Part shown: piece after piece, positions 1 to 7,997 of the stretch | Numbering within the stretch: position 1 is the stretch's first letter | Layout: every line of letters starts with the position of its first letter | Assembly (NCBI GenBank): GCA_965248995.1 | Contig: CBDFKY010000006.1 | Location: forward strand, 101,729 to 165,728 | Origin: Rickettsiales bacterium | Lineage (GTDB): Bacteria; Pseudomonadota; Alphaproteobacteria; Rickettsiales; UBA998 | Length of the DNA: 64,000 nucleotides | Direction of reading: 5' to 3' | The notes under the pieces: model-generated | Seen by the model: only the letters and a program-made list of their open reading frames with translations | Told to the model about the DNA's origin: nothing | The model's database searches: none | Translations under genes and position numbers: made by a program

Positions 1-85
1 TGGAGCGGAGCAGGAAGAAAGCTTAAGCGGGCTGTTTTGCGCCTTATATTTTAAGGGGACGTTATACTTAGCTGGCCAAAAATGT

Positions 86-110
86 GTCATTCCAGCGGAA
101 GCTGGAATCC
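86..110. repeat. short palindromic hairpin element GTCATTCCAGC-GGAA-GCTGGAATCC
   Basis: Perfect 8-bp stem ATTCCAGC/GCTGGAAT (89-96 / 101-108) around a GGAA loop. It shares the GTCATTCC head with the repeat at 188 and resembles the arms of the palindrome at 60557. Confidence 0.5.
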
Positions 111-187
111 AGTTGTTTTAATAGTTAGACGGATATGTAGATCTCTATTTTTAATAGGAGGCAAAACCCTGCTGTTCTTACACAGAA

Positions 188-304
188 TATAGTCATTCCG
201 ATTAAAAACCGTACGGTTTTAATCGGATAAAATGACTATAACCATATAATTTATAGTGTTTTTAACCGAAAATTTTCGTACGAAAATTATTCGGAAACAC
301 TATA
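188..304. repeat. 117-bp tandem double-hairpin repeat, copy 1
   Basis: Matches 18737-18853 with 6 differences. Two modules, each with a perfect 10-bp outer stem (TATAGTCATT/AATGACTATA; TATAGTGTTT/AAACACTATA), a ~13-bp inner stem and a central CGTACG. Confidence 0.9.
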
Positions 305-340
305 AAACCACGTAAAATGTTTTTTACGTGGTTTTATTTC
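304..340 (-). terminator. hairpin terminator (possibly bidirectional) downstream of the entericidin-like gene
   Basis: 14-bp stem AAAACCACGTAAAA/TTTTACGTGGTTTT (304-317 / 322-335). T-rich flanks on both strands. Confidence 0.5.
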
Positions 341-363
341 GTTATCTTCAGTGTAGAACAGTA

Positions 364-525
364 TTATTTATAGCTGCGTGAATCCGGGCCTTTGTTTTCG
401 TCTGCAGAGCGTTCCAGTTTTTTTCCGCCTGTCTGCATATCTTTTCCGGCGCCTTCAAACGTGTTGCAGGCCGATACGATGGCTACGTTAGCCAGAAGTG
501 CTGCGATAATTGCGATACGTCTCAT
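364..525 (-). CDS. entericidin-family small lipoprotein
   Basis: Internal ATG of listed ORF 364..765 gives 53 aa. MRRIAIIAALLANVAIVSAC is a signal plus lipobox, followed by a short Gly/Lys-rich tail. Confidence 0.7.
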   Translation of the reverse strand: MRRIAIIAALLANVAIVSACNTFEGAGKDMQTGGKKLERSADENKGPDSRSYK

Positions 526-661
526 AATGTTTCTCCTTGAAATGTTGATATCTGTCCGTTGAATCGTTTCCAGCCCGCCCGGTGTCAGCCGGAAAAGTGG
601 AACCGATGTTGTGTATGCCAGAAATACCGTTTTATCAAGAAAAAGAAAGCGTGAACCCGCT

Positions 662-1630
662 CTACGGAAGGAGAGCATGGCGGGTATGGTATTCCATGAT
701 ACGCGCGTAATGAAGAGGGTCGTGCGGCGTGACGAGCGCATCGGCGTCAGGATAGAGCTGATCATGCAGACGGGTCAGCAGAAAACGCAGTGCCGCGACG
801 CGCAGCAGTGCAGGCAAAGCGGTTTTTTCGGATCCGGTGAGTGGGCGGATCGTCTCATAGCCCTTCAGCACCGCTTTGAACAGCTCTTCGTTCACATGAC
901 CTCGCGCATCGAAACACCAGGCATTCACCACGATCGCCAGATCGTACGCCAGCAGATCCGTGCAGGCGAAATAAAAATCGATCACTCCGGAAAGCCTGCC
1001 TTCCGCATCAAAAAAAACGTTGTTCGGGAAAAAATCGGCATGGATGATGCCGGAGGGTAAATCATCCGGCCAGTTCCGTTGAGCGAATTCCAGCGCCGCA
1101 TCGATGCCGGCCAGTAAATCCGGCGGTTGAACCCGATACCTGCGAGCCACGATTTTTTCCCGTAAATCCCTCCAGCCGGCATAGGACATGCCGTTGGCGC
1201 GGCTGAGGGGAAAGCCTGCCGCCGCTTCGTGCAGGCGTGCGAGCATTTCTCCCGCCTGCCTGCAATGGTCGGAGGAAGGAAAGGAAACGCTGGCGCCGTT
1301 CAGAAAGCTCACGACGGCCGCATTTTTTCCCTGCAGCGTAGTGGTGAGTTCGCCGTTCAACGTACGCTCCGGTAACGGGCAGGGGATATGATTGCCGTTC
1401 AGATGTTCCTTCAGGTGAAGGAAAAACGGTATGTCCTCTGTCCGTACCCGCGCTTCGAACAACGTAAGAATCACCCGCGTCTCCTGGCCTTGCGCATCCC
1501 GGTAATGGAGCAGGTAGTTCGTATTTTCCACTCCTTCGGCAATCGGATGCGCCGTCGGGAGGGTCGCGAAGCCGTAGGTTCGCATCAGCGTGTGAAGATC
1601 ATCCTGCGTAATGGTGGTATAGACGGCCAT
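662..1630 (-). CDS. thrB: homoserine kinase, type II (aminoglycoside-phosphotransferase fold)
   Basis: 322 aa. The N-terminus MAVYTTITQDDL...GVENTNYLL and the HADFFPNNVFF catalytic-loop motif are typical of alphaproteobacterial ThrB. Confidence 0.9.
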   Translation of the reverse strand: MAVYTTITQDDLHTLMRTYGFATLPTAHPIAEGVENTNYLLHYRDAQGQETRVILTLFEARVRTEDIPFFLHLKEHLNGNHIPCPLPERTLNGELTTTLQGKNAAVVSFLNGASVSFPSSDHCRQAGEMLARLHEAAAGFPLSRANGMSYAGWRDLREKIVARRYRVQPPDLLAGIDAALEFAQRNWPDDLPSGIIHADFFPNNVFFDAEGRLSGVIDFYFACTDLLAYDLAIVVNAWCFDARGHVNEELFKAVLKGYETIRPLTGSEKTALPALLRVAALRFLLTRLHDQLYPDADALVTPHDPLHYARIMEYHTRHALLP

Positions 1631-1681
1631 GCAGGCTTTTAGCCAAAATGCGTCATAGGTGTAAAGCGTTAAATTTTTAAA

Positions 1682-1942
1682 ATGTCAGGGGTTTATGGAT
1701 GTATCGGGAATAGGAAAATTAACGATTATATGCTAACCTGTTCAGGTACACTTCATTTAAAGCACGTTATGACTGACTTTCAATTAAACGGTATCTACAC
1801 CGTGAAAAGATCCGCTTTGTTAAAGCCGGAATGGATAGGAAAGAAAGTGACCATTCTAAGTTTTCCTGCGACGAATTTGGCAAACGTTCAATTGAACGGT
1901 ACTGATAAAATCAGTATGACTTCGACGGAACATCTCCAATAA
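1682..1942 (+). CDS. hypothetical protein (AT-rich islet)
   Basis: Only an open frame in an AT-rich gap between thrB and the DUF2335 gene. No recognisable motif. The start is uncertain (alternative ATG at 1769). Confidence 0.3.
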   Translation: MSGVYGCIGNRKINDYMLTCSGTLHLKHVMTDFQLNGIYTVKRSALLKPEWIGKKVTILSFPATNLANVQLNGTDKISMTSTEHLQ

Positions 1943-2012
1943 CTCTTATCACCCATTAATTAAAATTTATTCTTATATTTAAGGGGTGATTTCTTATATC
2001 ATGCTTACGGCA

Positions 2013-2489
2013 TTAAACCGTTGGGTTTTCCGTTACGCTTTCTTTCTCCTTCACCGGCCGGAAATGCGTCCGCATCTGCGGACGTCCGAATAAAGGGCGC
2101 TGCCCGAGCGTTTTAGCGTACATCCAGACCAGTCCCGACATGACGATAATCGCCAGGCCGAACACCCAGATGACCGCCGCGATGGTCTTGTCGCCGTATA
2201 TCCCGATAATGCTCGCGGAGACGAAGACGGATACGCAGATCAGGAAACCGAGCAACTGACCGAGCAGCGTGGAAAAATGATGCGTCTTGAGCGCGTTTTT
2301 TTCCCATTCATGCCGGTGCTGCTGTTCACGCGTAAACATATCCATGATCTGTTGCGCGGAGCCTTCCACCACGTAATCATAGGCTTCGAGCAATTCGGGC
2401 GAGGGCATGATATCCGAAATCTTGCGGGCCTGCTGTTCCGGCGTGCGTCGCTTTCCCTGTTCCTTCTGCCTGGAATATTCAGTCGACAT
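2013..2489 (-). CDS. DUF2335-like membrane protein
   Basis: 158 aa. A charged N-terminal half (PSPELLEAYDYVVEGSAQQIMDM...) is followed by two hydrophobic helices, the pattern I associate with DUF2335. Confidence 0.65.
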   Translation of the reverse strand: MSTEYSRQKEQGKRRTPEQQARKISDIMPSPELLEAYDYVVEGSAQQIMDMFTREQQHRHEWEKNALKTHHFSTLLGQLLGFLICVSVFVSASIIGIYGDKTIAAVIWVFGLAIIVMSGLVWMYAKTLGQRPLFGRPQMRTHFRPVKEKESVTENPTV

Positions 2490-2664
2490 CTTTTTGCTCC
2501 CGACCCAGGATAAGCGTTATGTCACCGTCGATACGCGAAAAATCACCGCGCAGCGCTTCCAGCGGAAAATAGTAAGGGTAGCGGTAGAGCGCCGCGACCG
2601 GAAAAGAGAACGCCGCATTCATTCCCAGCAGTAAGCCGCGCAGAAAAGAAATCATACGGTCAAC

Positions 2665-3999
2665 CTATTGCGTAATCCTTTTATCAATCAGGCGATTGGC
2701 GATATCGTCGAATGCCTGTTTCAACGTGCTCTCACTTGACGCGTTATAACTGCATCCCGGAGTAGCGCAATCGGTAAGGCGCGTAGCGGTCGCCGAGTTG
2801 GGAGGGACATCAAAAGAAATGGTGCAGAGAAGAATGGATTGCTGCTTGACCTGTTCGCACAGGCTGGCGAGACGATCATTCGCGGCGGTATCCGGCTGAA
2901 ATCCTTCCTTGTCACCGCTGAGAGGAGCAGGCTGGCCGTTTTCGATATTGTCCCTGTCCACGTTCTGATATTCACTTTCTCCATCGGTCAACAACACCAG
3001 CACCTTGGTGTTAACGAAACTTCTGACTTTTTCGAAGTCCGACGGGTGATTTTTTTCATCCTTCGCCTGTGATGAGCCGGTAAATATATTTTTACCGTCA
3101 GGGCGTAAGGCTGCCCATCCATACCACATGCCCATCGCCACGTTCGTTCCGCCCTCAAAGGAAATCTGCGTATTATTGATTGCATTCAAAAGAGGTTCGG
3201 GATCGTTGCTCAGACCCAGAGCGGATTGAACTTTAGGCTTCTGGCTGTCATAAACAAAATTAAAATCAGCCAGAGAGCCGTCGATGGCGACGTTATGCGT
3301 GAAAGGAACATATGCATAGTAGGCAGCCAGCGGATTATCGGAGGTGGTAACCGCGTCCTGCACGGAATTAACCAGTGAATTGATGCTGTCCTTCACCGCC
3401 TGGAATTTTTTACTGGTGCCGCCGCTTGCACAGGCGGCGTCTCTCTCAGCCGGTGACACCCCCCACGGCTTGCTGCGCTGAAGTTCGTAACACATGGAGG
3501 CGGACTCATCCACTGCAAGCGCCAGTTCGATGGTGCGGCCCCCTGTCGTGCGGGCAACTTCGGAAAAGACATTCATGCCCAGAGAAGTCAAACTATTCGC
3601 CCTGTTTAAATTCGTATAGATTCCGCCGAATACCAGTGGCAGGCGGGCGGCTACGTTTCCGGAAACCTTCCCGTCACCCGGATCGAAATTGATGACCAGA
3701 TCTGCATCAGTGACGTTTGTTCCCAGATAGCCTTGCGGGAAGTTGGCGCGGAAAAATTCCCGGCCCCGCCGCTGCAATGCTTCAGGATCGTCTTTATACA
3801 GCTGTTTGGTAGCGATATCCGCTACGGCGATCAGGGAAGCGTCCAGCGCATGGCTGAGTTTATTACGCGCCAGGAAATACCTGCCGCTGTCGATCGCCAC
3901 GCCCATGAACGCGATCAGCAGCACGATGCTCAGGCCAATCAGAGGCATTACCGCCCCTGATTGGCTGGAAAGGATAGAATGGTGTTTGGTCTTGGTCAT
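2665..3999 (-). CDS. TadG-like pseudopilin/pilus-assembly protein with C-terminal vWA-like domain
   Basis: 444 aa. N-terminal TadE/G-type hydrophobic segment (PLIGLSIVLLIAFMGVAIDSGRYFLARNKL). vWA-like core (ELALAVDESASM ... VLVLLTDGESE). Confidence 0.8.
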   Translation of the reverse strand: MTKTKHHSILSSQSGAVMPLIGLSIVLLIAFMGVAIDSGRYFLARNKLSHALDASLIAVADIATKQLYKDDPEALQRRGREFFRANFPQGYLGTNVTDADLVINFDPGDGKVSGNVAARLPLVFGGIYTNLNRANSLTSLGMNVFSEVARTTGGRTIELALAVDESASMCYELQRSKPWGVSPAERDAACASGGTSKKFQAVKDSINSLVNSVQDAVTTSDNPLAAYYAYVPFTHNVAIDGSLADFNFVYDSQKPKVQSALGLSNDPEPLLNAINNTQISFEGGTNVAMGMWYGWAALRPDGKNIFTGSSQAKDEKNHPSDFEKVRSFVNTKVLVLLTDGESEYQNVDRDNIENGQPAPLSGDKEGFQPDTAANDRLASLCEQVKQQSILLCTISFDVPPNSATATRLTDCATPGCSYNASSESTLKQAFDDIANRLIDKRITQ

Positions 4000-4029
4000 A
4001 GCAATCCTTGTTTAAACGAATAGCGAGGC

Positions 4030-5217
4030 TCAGCTTCCGAAGAAAGGCGGTGGAGGTGCCGGAGGTGGTGACGGCGGTGCAGGAGGCGCCGGTGGTTCCG
4101 GAGGCGACGGAGGTGCCGGTGGCTCCGGCGGTCCGGGAGGCGCCGGCGGTTCCGGCGCTGGTGGGACCGGACAATCGGCATCACCCGGGCTGGTTGCAGG
4201 AGAATATTGGTCGTTATCATCTATACAGCCGAAGCAGCGTTTGATGGCACTACCCGATGGGAGGCTGGAACAGCAAACTTTCTTACCTTCGGCCTCTGCA
4301 TAACTGTCCGGAATGGGTTGACCATTCAATGTGTTATCCAATCCATCCCGTGAAGGACAGTTGTAAGGGGTCGCCAGCAGTTGAGGGCGGCAGGTTTTAA
4401 GTTTCTGTTTCAGATCGTCGCGCTGGTCTTCGCTGTAGCACTGGCACGGATGCGGTGCATCTTTCCCGATTGGCCAGATGTCGTAATACCCACGATCCAC
4501 ATCATCGTCCTTAACACCGCCGTCATGATTCACGTCCGCGTCCCGGTAATAGCCGCAGATGCCCGGTTTATCTCCCAGATCCTCATCGGCTGGGTCGCGC
4601 TTATCCTTGATGATATCGAGCCGGTAACGGTAAATCGCTTTTTTGTACAGGTTGCGGCCATTCAGATTGACAGCGTTACCGCCTTTGGTAAGGGTGTCCA
4701 GCAGTCCGCCGAGGACGTTGCTGTGTTTATAGCTCACCTCCACGATGATCAGCGTATCGCGGCTTCTGAGAACGATGCCGCCGAGATCCTTATCGCTATT
4801 GAGTTTCGTTCCCTTCCCTCCGATGGCCGAGCTTGCATTGTTCGCGCTCTGAGAGGTGATTTCCGCCGGCTGGGTGGTATCGTTCGGGTTGGACGGATTG
4901 ACTACGCTTACCACGAATCCCGCATCGGCGGTACCGAACGGGCTCATCAGTTTCTGAAAGGTTGAAGTTAATTCAGGGGAACTTGCGGAAACCGTGCTCG
5001 GTTCCGGAACCTGCGCGATGAAATCCGCCATCTGGTTGGCGACCTTGTCCACCTTCTGGTTGGCCAGCACGAACCGCGTGATTTCGATGCCGCCGACGAT
5101 CAGCAGCAGCAGTACCGGCAGCACCAGCGCGAATTCGATCAGCGCAACGCCGCTTTCCCTGGCACGGTGAGGCAAAGTGTGACGGGCAGGTGAGGAGTTC
5201 ATAAACACATGATTCAT
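4030..5217 (-). CDS. TadE-like pseudopilin with long Cys-rich and poly-proline C-terminal extension
   Basis: 395 aa. TadE N-terminus (GVALIEFALVLPVLLLLIVGGIEITRF). Later a DxDxDG-like acidic block, 11 Cys, and the tail PPAPEPPAPPGPPEPPAPPSPPEPPAPPAPPSPPPAPPPP. Confidence 0.75.
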   Translation of the reverse strand: MNHVFMNSSPARHTLPHRARESGVALIEFALVLPVLLLLIVGGIEITRFVLANQKVDKVANQMADFIAQVPEPSTVSASSPELTSTFQKLMSPFGTADAGFVVSVVNPSNPNDTTQPAEITSQSANNASSAIGGKGTKLNSDKDLGGIVLRSRDTLIIVEVSYKHSNVLGGLLDTLTKGGNAVNLNGRNLYKKAIYRYRLDIIKDKRDPADEDLGDKPGICGYYRDADVNHDGGVKDDDVDRGYYDIWPIGKDAPHPCQCYSEDQRDDLKQKLKTCRPQLLATPYNCPSRDGLDNTLNGQPIPDSYAEAEGKKVCCSSLPSGSAIKRCFGCIDDNDQYSPATSPGDADCPVPPAPEPPAPPGPPEPPAPPSPPEPPAPPAPPSPPPAPPPPFFGS

Positions 5218-5306
5218 TGACAGCTCTTCATAGACTATAATTAAATGGTGAGATAAATTTTACCTTACAAGGTACGCGTATAAACATCTAGCTTAAAAAA
5301 TTCCCG

Positions 5307-5921
5307 TTAATTCCCACCGGGACTACCCGATCCGGAGGTAAAATTCTCATTATGTACGACCATGGAGGATTCCAGAAGGAGGTGGTTCTCGGGAAAGAAT
5401 TTTCCGATGATCGGCGTGAAAAAATTCCAGCAGTACGCCACCGTATAGACCACCGCCGCATCGCCACCACCGATATCCTTGCAGCTCTTATCGTTATCGA
5501 CTTTACCGCTGCATGCGTAATCTCCTGCCGAACTCGCGGGCAGCGAGCCGAACGTATTGCCGAGAGACTGGCAGGAAATGCTCAACCGGGCGGGATCAAG
5601 CAGGCTACCGGCCTTCTGGCGTATGTTTTCGCGGATGACCGTCACGCGGTCCACCGTTCCCTTCGTCGGTTTGGCGACGCGGCCTTCCCCGGCATAGTCG
5701 CTGCCGGTGATCCCGAAGCGGGCTCCCACGGACGCGGCGTTTTCGATGACGTTGTCTGCGAACAGCACCAGGCCGAACTCGATGATGCCCATCATCAGCA
5801 GGAACAAAATCGGCGCCACCAGAGCGAATTCGATGGCGGTCGCCCCGTCTTCCGCTTTCGCGAAATTTTCAGGTTCGGCGGAAAGATCCTTCCGCTCCGT
5901 GTCGTCATCGTTTGCTGTCAT
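5307..5921 (-). CDS. TadE family pseudopilin
   Basis: 204 aa. GATAIEFALVAPILFLLMMGIIEFG is a TadE-type N-terminal motif. Confidence 0.8.
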   Translation of the reverse strand: MTANDDDTERKDLSAEPENFAKAEDGATAIEFALVAPILFLLMMGIIEFGLVLFADNVIENAASVGARFGITGSDYAGEGRVAKPTKGTVDRVTVIRENIRQKAGSLLDPARLSISCQSLGNTFGSLPASSAGDYACSGKVDNDKSCKDIGGGDAAVVYTVAYCWNFFTPIIGKFFPENHLLLESSMVVHNENFTSGSGSPGGN

Positions 5922-6014
5922 ACGTATTTCCCGACGTTATTTGTAAAAACTCTGTAAAAGAGGTGATTTCATTTAACTTTACAATAAAATCACGGCATGG
6001 GATAGCCTTAATTC

Positions 6015-7205
6015 ATGGTTGCGGTGCGTCGGGCGGATATTCTTGTGGTAGGCGCCGGGGCGGCAGGACTGATGTGCGCGCTTACCGCAGGGCGTCGGGG
6101 ACGGAAGGTCCATGTGATCGACCACAACGCGAAGCCTGCCGAGAAAATCCGTATTTCCGGGGGAGGCCGTTGTAATTTCACCAATATCCATACGCAGGCA
6201 TCTTATTATCTCTCGCAGAATCCCCGCTTCTGCCTCTCCGCACTGGCCCGTTATACGCCCGGACATTTTCTGGAGATGGTGCGGGCGCACGGCATCGCCT
6301 ATCATGAAAAAAAACTCGGGCAACTGTTCTGCAACGGGTCGGCGCAGGCGATTATCGACATGCTGATGCGTGAATGCGCGGAGGCGGGCGTGGAAATCCA
6401 TCTGGACACGCAGGTGCGGGAAGTGGAAAGGCGGGACGGGACGTTTCGGCTCGGCACTACTGTTGGGAAATGGGAAGCGGAGGCTCTCGTCATAGCGAGC
6501 GGCGGACTGTCCATTCCCAAAATGGGGGCCAGCGGATGGGGATATGAGGTGGCCCGCATGTTCGGAATATCGATCATTCCGCCGTCACCCGGCCTGGCGC
6601 CGTTCACGCTGCCGGAGACCCTGCTTAAACAGACCGCGCCGCTCTCGGGGATCGCGGTGGAAGCGTCCGTACGATGCGGAAAGCAGCGGTTCGACGAGGG
6701 CCTGCTGTTCACGCACCGAGGGCTCAGCGGTCCTTCCATCCTGCAGATTTCCTCCTACTGGCAGGAAGGGCAGGCGATTACCGTGGATCTGTACCCTGTC
6801 CGGGAACTGGAATCCGTGTTGCGGGCCGCGAAGGAAGCCCATCCCCGGCAGGAGGCGGTAACGATTCTCGGGGAATATCTGCCCAAGCGGCTGGCGGGGT
6901 TCGTCGGTGAGCGCACGGGGCTGGCCGACCGTCGCCTGGCGGATCTTTCCCATTCCGTTCTGAGGGAGGCGGCGAAATTCATGCACGGATGGCAGGTGGT
7001 GCCGGGCGGTACCGAAGGATATCGTACCGCGGAAGTCACCAAGGGCGGGGTGGATACCCGCGCTCTTTCCTCGCAGACGATGGAAAGCGTGGCGGTGAAG
7101 GGATTGTATTTCATTGGGGAAGTGGTGGACATGACCGGCTGGCTCGGAGGGTATAATTTCCAGTGGGCCTGGGCTTCCGGCAATGCGGCGGGGATGGCGG
7201 CATGA
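6015..7205 (+). CDS. NAD(P)/FAD-dependent oxidoreductase, HI0933/BaiN-like flavoprotein
   Basis: 396 aa. Dinucleotide-binding motif ILVVGAGAAGLMCA plus ISGGGRCNFTN, characteristic of the HI0933 family. Confidence 0.9.
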   Translation: MVAVRRADILVVGAGAAGLMCALTAGRRGRKVHVIDHNAKPAEKIRISGGGRCNFTNIHTQASYYLSQNPRFCLSALARYTPGHFLEMVRAHGIAYHEKKLGQLFCNGSAQAIIDMLMRECAEAGVEIHLDTQVREVERRDGTFRLGTTVGKWEAEALVIASGGLSIPKMGASGWGYEVARMFGISIIPPSPGLAPFTLPETLLKQTAPLSGIAVEASVRCGKQRFDEGLLFTHRGLSGPSILQISSYWQEGQAITVDLYPVRELESVLRAAKEAHPRQEAVTILGEYLPKRLAGFVGERTGLADRRLADLSHSVLREAAKFMHGWQVVPGGTEGYRTAEVTKGGVDTRALSSQTMESVAVKGLYFIGEVVDMTGWLGGYNFQWAWASGNAAGMAA

Positions 7206-7272
7206 AAAGGCATAGGAGATGAAACATGTTTGATGAAAATAAAATGATGTGGATGCAGAAACCAGACGGGAA

Positions 7273-7299
7273 TAAAAAAAACTCCGCGAAATGCGGAGT
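7273..7299 (-). terminator. rho-independent terminator of the lipoprotein gene
   Basis: Stem ACTCCGC/GCGGAGT (7281-7287 / 7293-7299). It is preceded on + by an A-run at 7274-7280, which is a U-run on the minus strand. Confidence 0.6.
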
Positions 7300-7333
7300 A
7301 TCAGAATGCGGAGATTGTCAGAGATAATGCCAA

Positions 7334-7753
7334 CTACCGGTGATCGTAAAGTCTGAATACGATCTCGGTTCCCCCCGTTTTTGTCACTACGTGATAGTTC
7401 CAAGAACCGTTGCCATTATTCTCCAAATTGAGCTTTGCCCAATTCGCTTCAACCCCATCAACCCGAGCTTTGCTATTCTTAAGTAACAGGAAATAATGGT
7501 TTTTTGATTGAAACTCCATCAGATCCGGATGATTCCGAACCAATAGAAATCTTTCGTCAACCTGTTTCCCGGCCACCAAGAAATCGAAACCGTATGTTTG
7601 ACCTTCTTCCAAAAACGTTGGCAGCAGGTTACTGATTTCCAGCGTTTTTGGAGAATCGCTGTCCGGATTGTCAAGGACTTTGGCACATCCTGTTGTTAAC
7701 GCTGTGAAAAATAGAAAAGCCGTTAAAAGGACAGACGGAAGTACTGGTTTCAT
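7334..7753 (-). CDS. hypothetical lipoprotein (AT-rich islet)
   Basis: 139 aa. Signal peptide plus lipobox FFTALTTGC. No other motif. Confidence 0.65.
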   Translation of the reverse strand: MKPVLPSVLLTAFLFFTALTTGCAKVLDNPDSDSPKTLEISNLLPTFLEEGQTYGFDFLVAGKQVDERFLLVRNHPDLMEFQSKNHYFLLLKNSKARVDGVEANWAKLNLENNGNGSWNYHVVTKTGGTEIVFRLYDHR

Positions 7754-7997
7754 TCTTTTTTGCCCTATGGGACTTTTATGGGAATTTCCGCATCTATGGC
7801 TTATTTAGACTGAACTGTCTGTAAATATGCTTTTACTTCAAAGAGATGAAGTATAGATAAAGAAACATATCCATGATAAATCATTTTTTTCGTTTAATCA
7901 ATGAATGTTTTAACGATTTTTTACCGTTATTAATCCTGATGCATTTATCGTAAGGTTCCCGTTTCCGCACGCGCGTCAGGAACCTGTAACCATTAAT

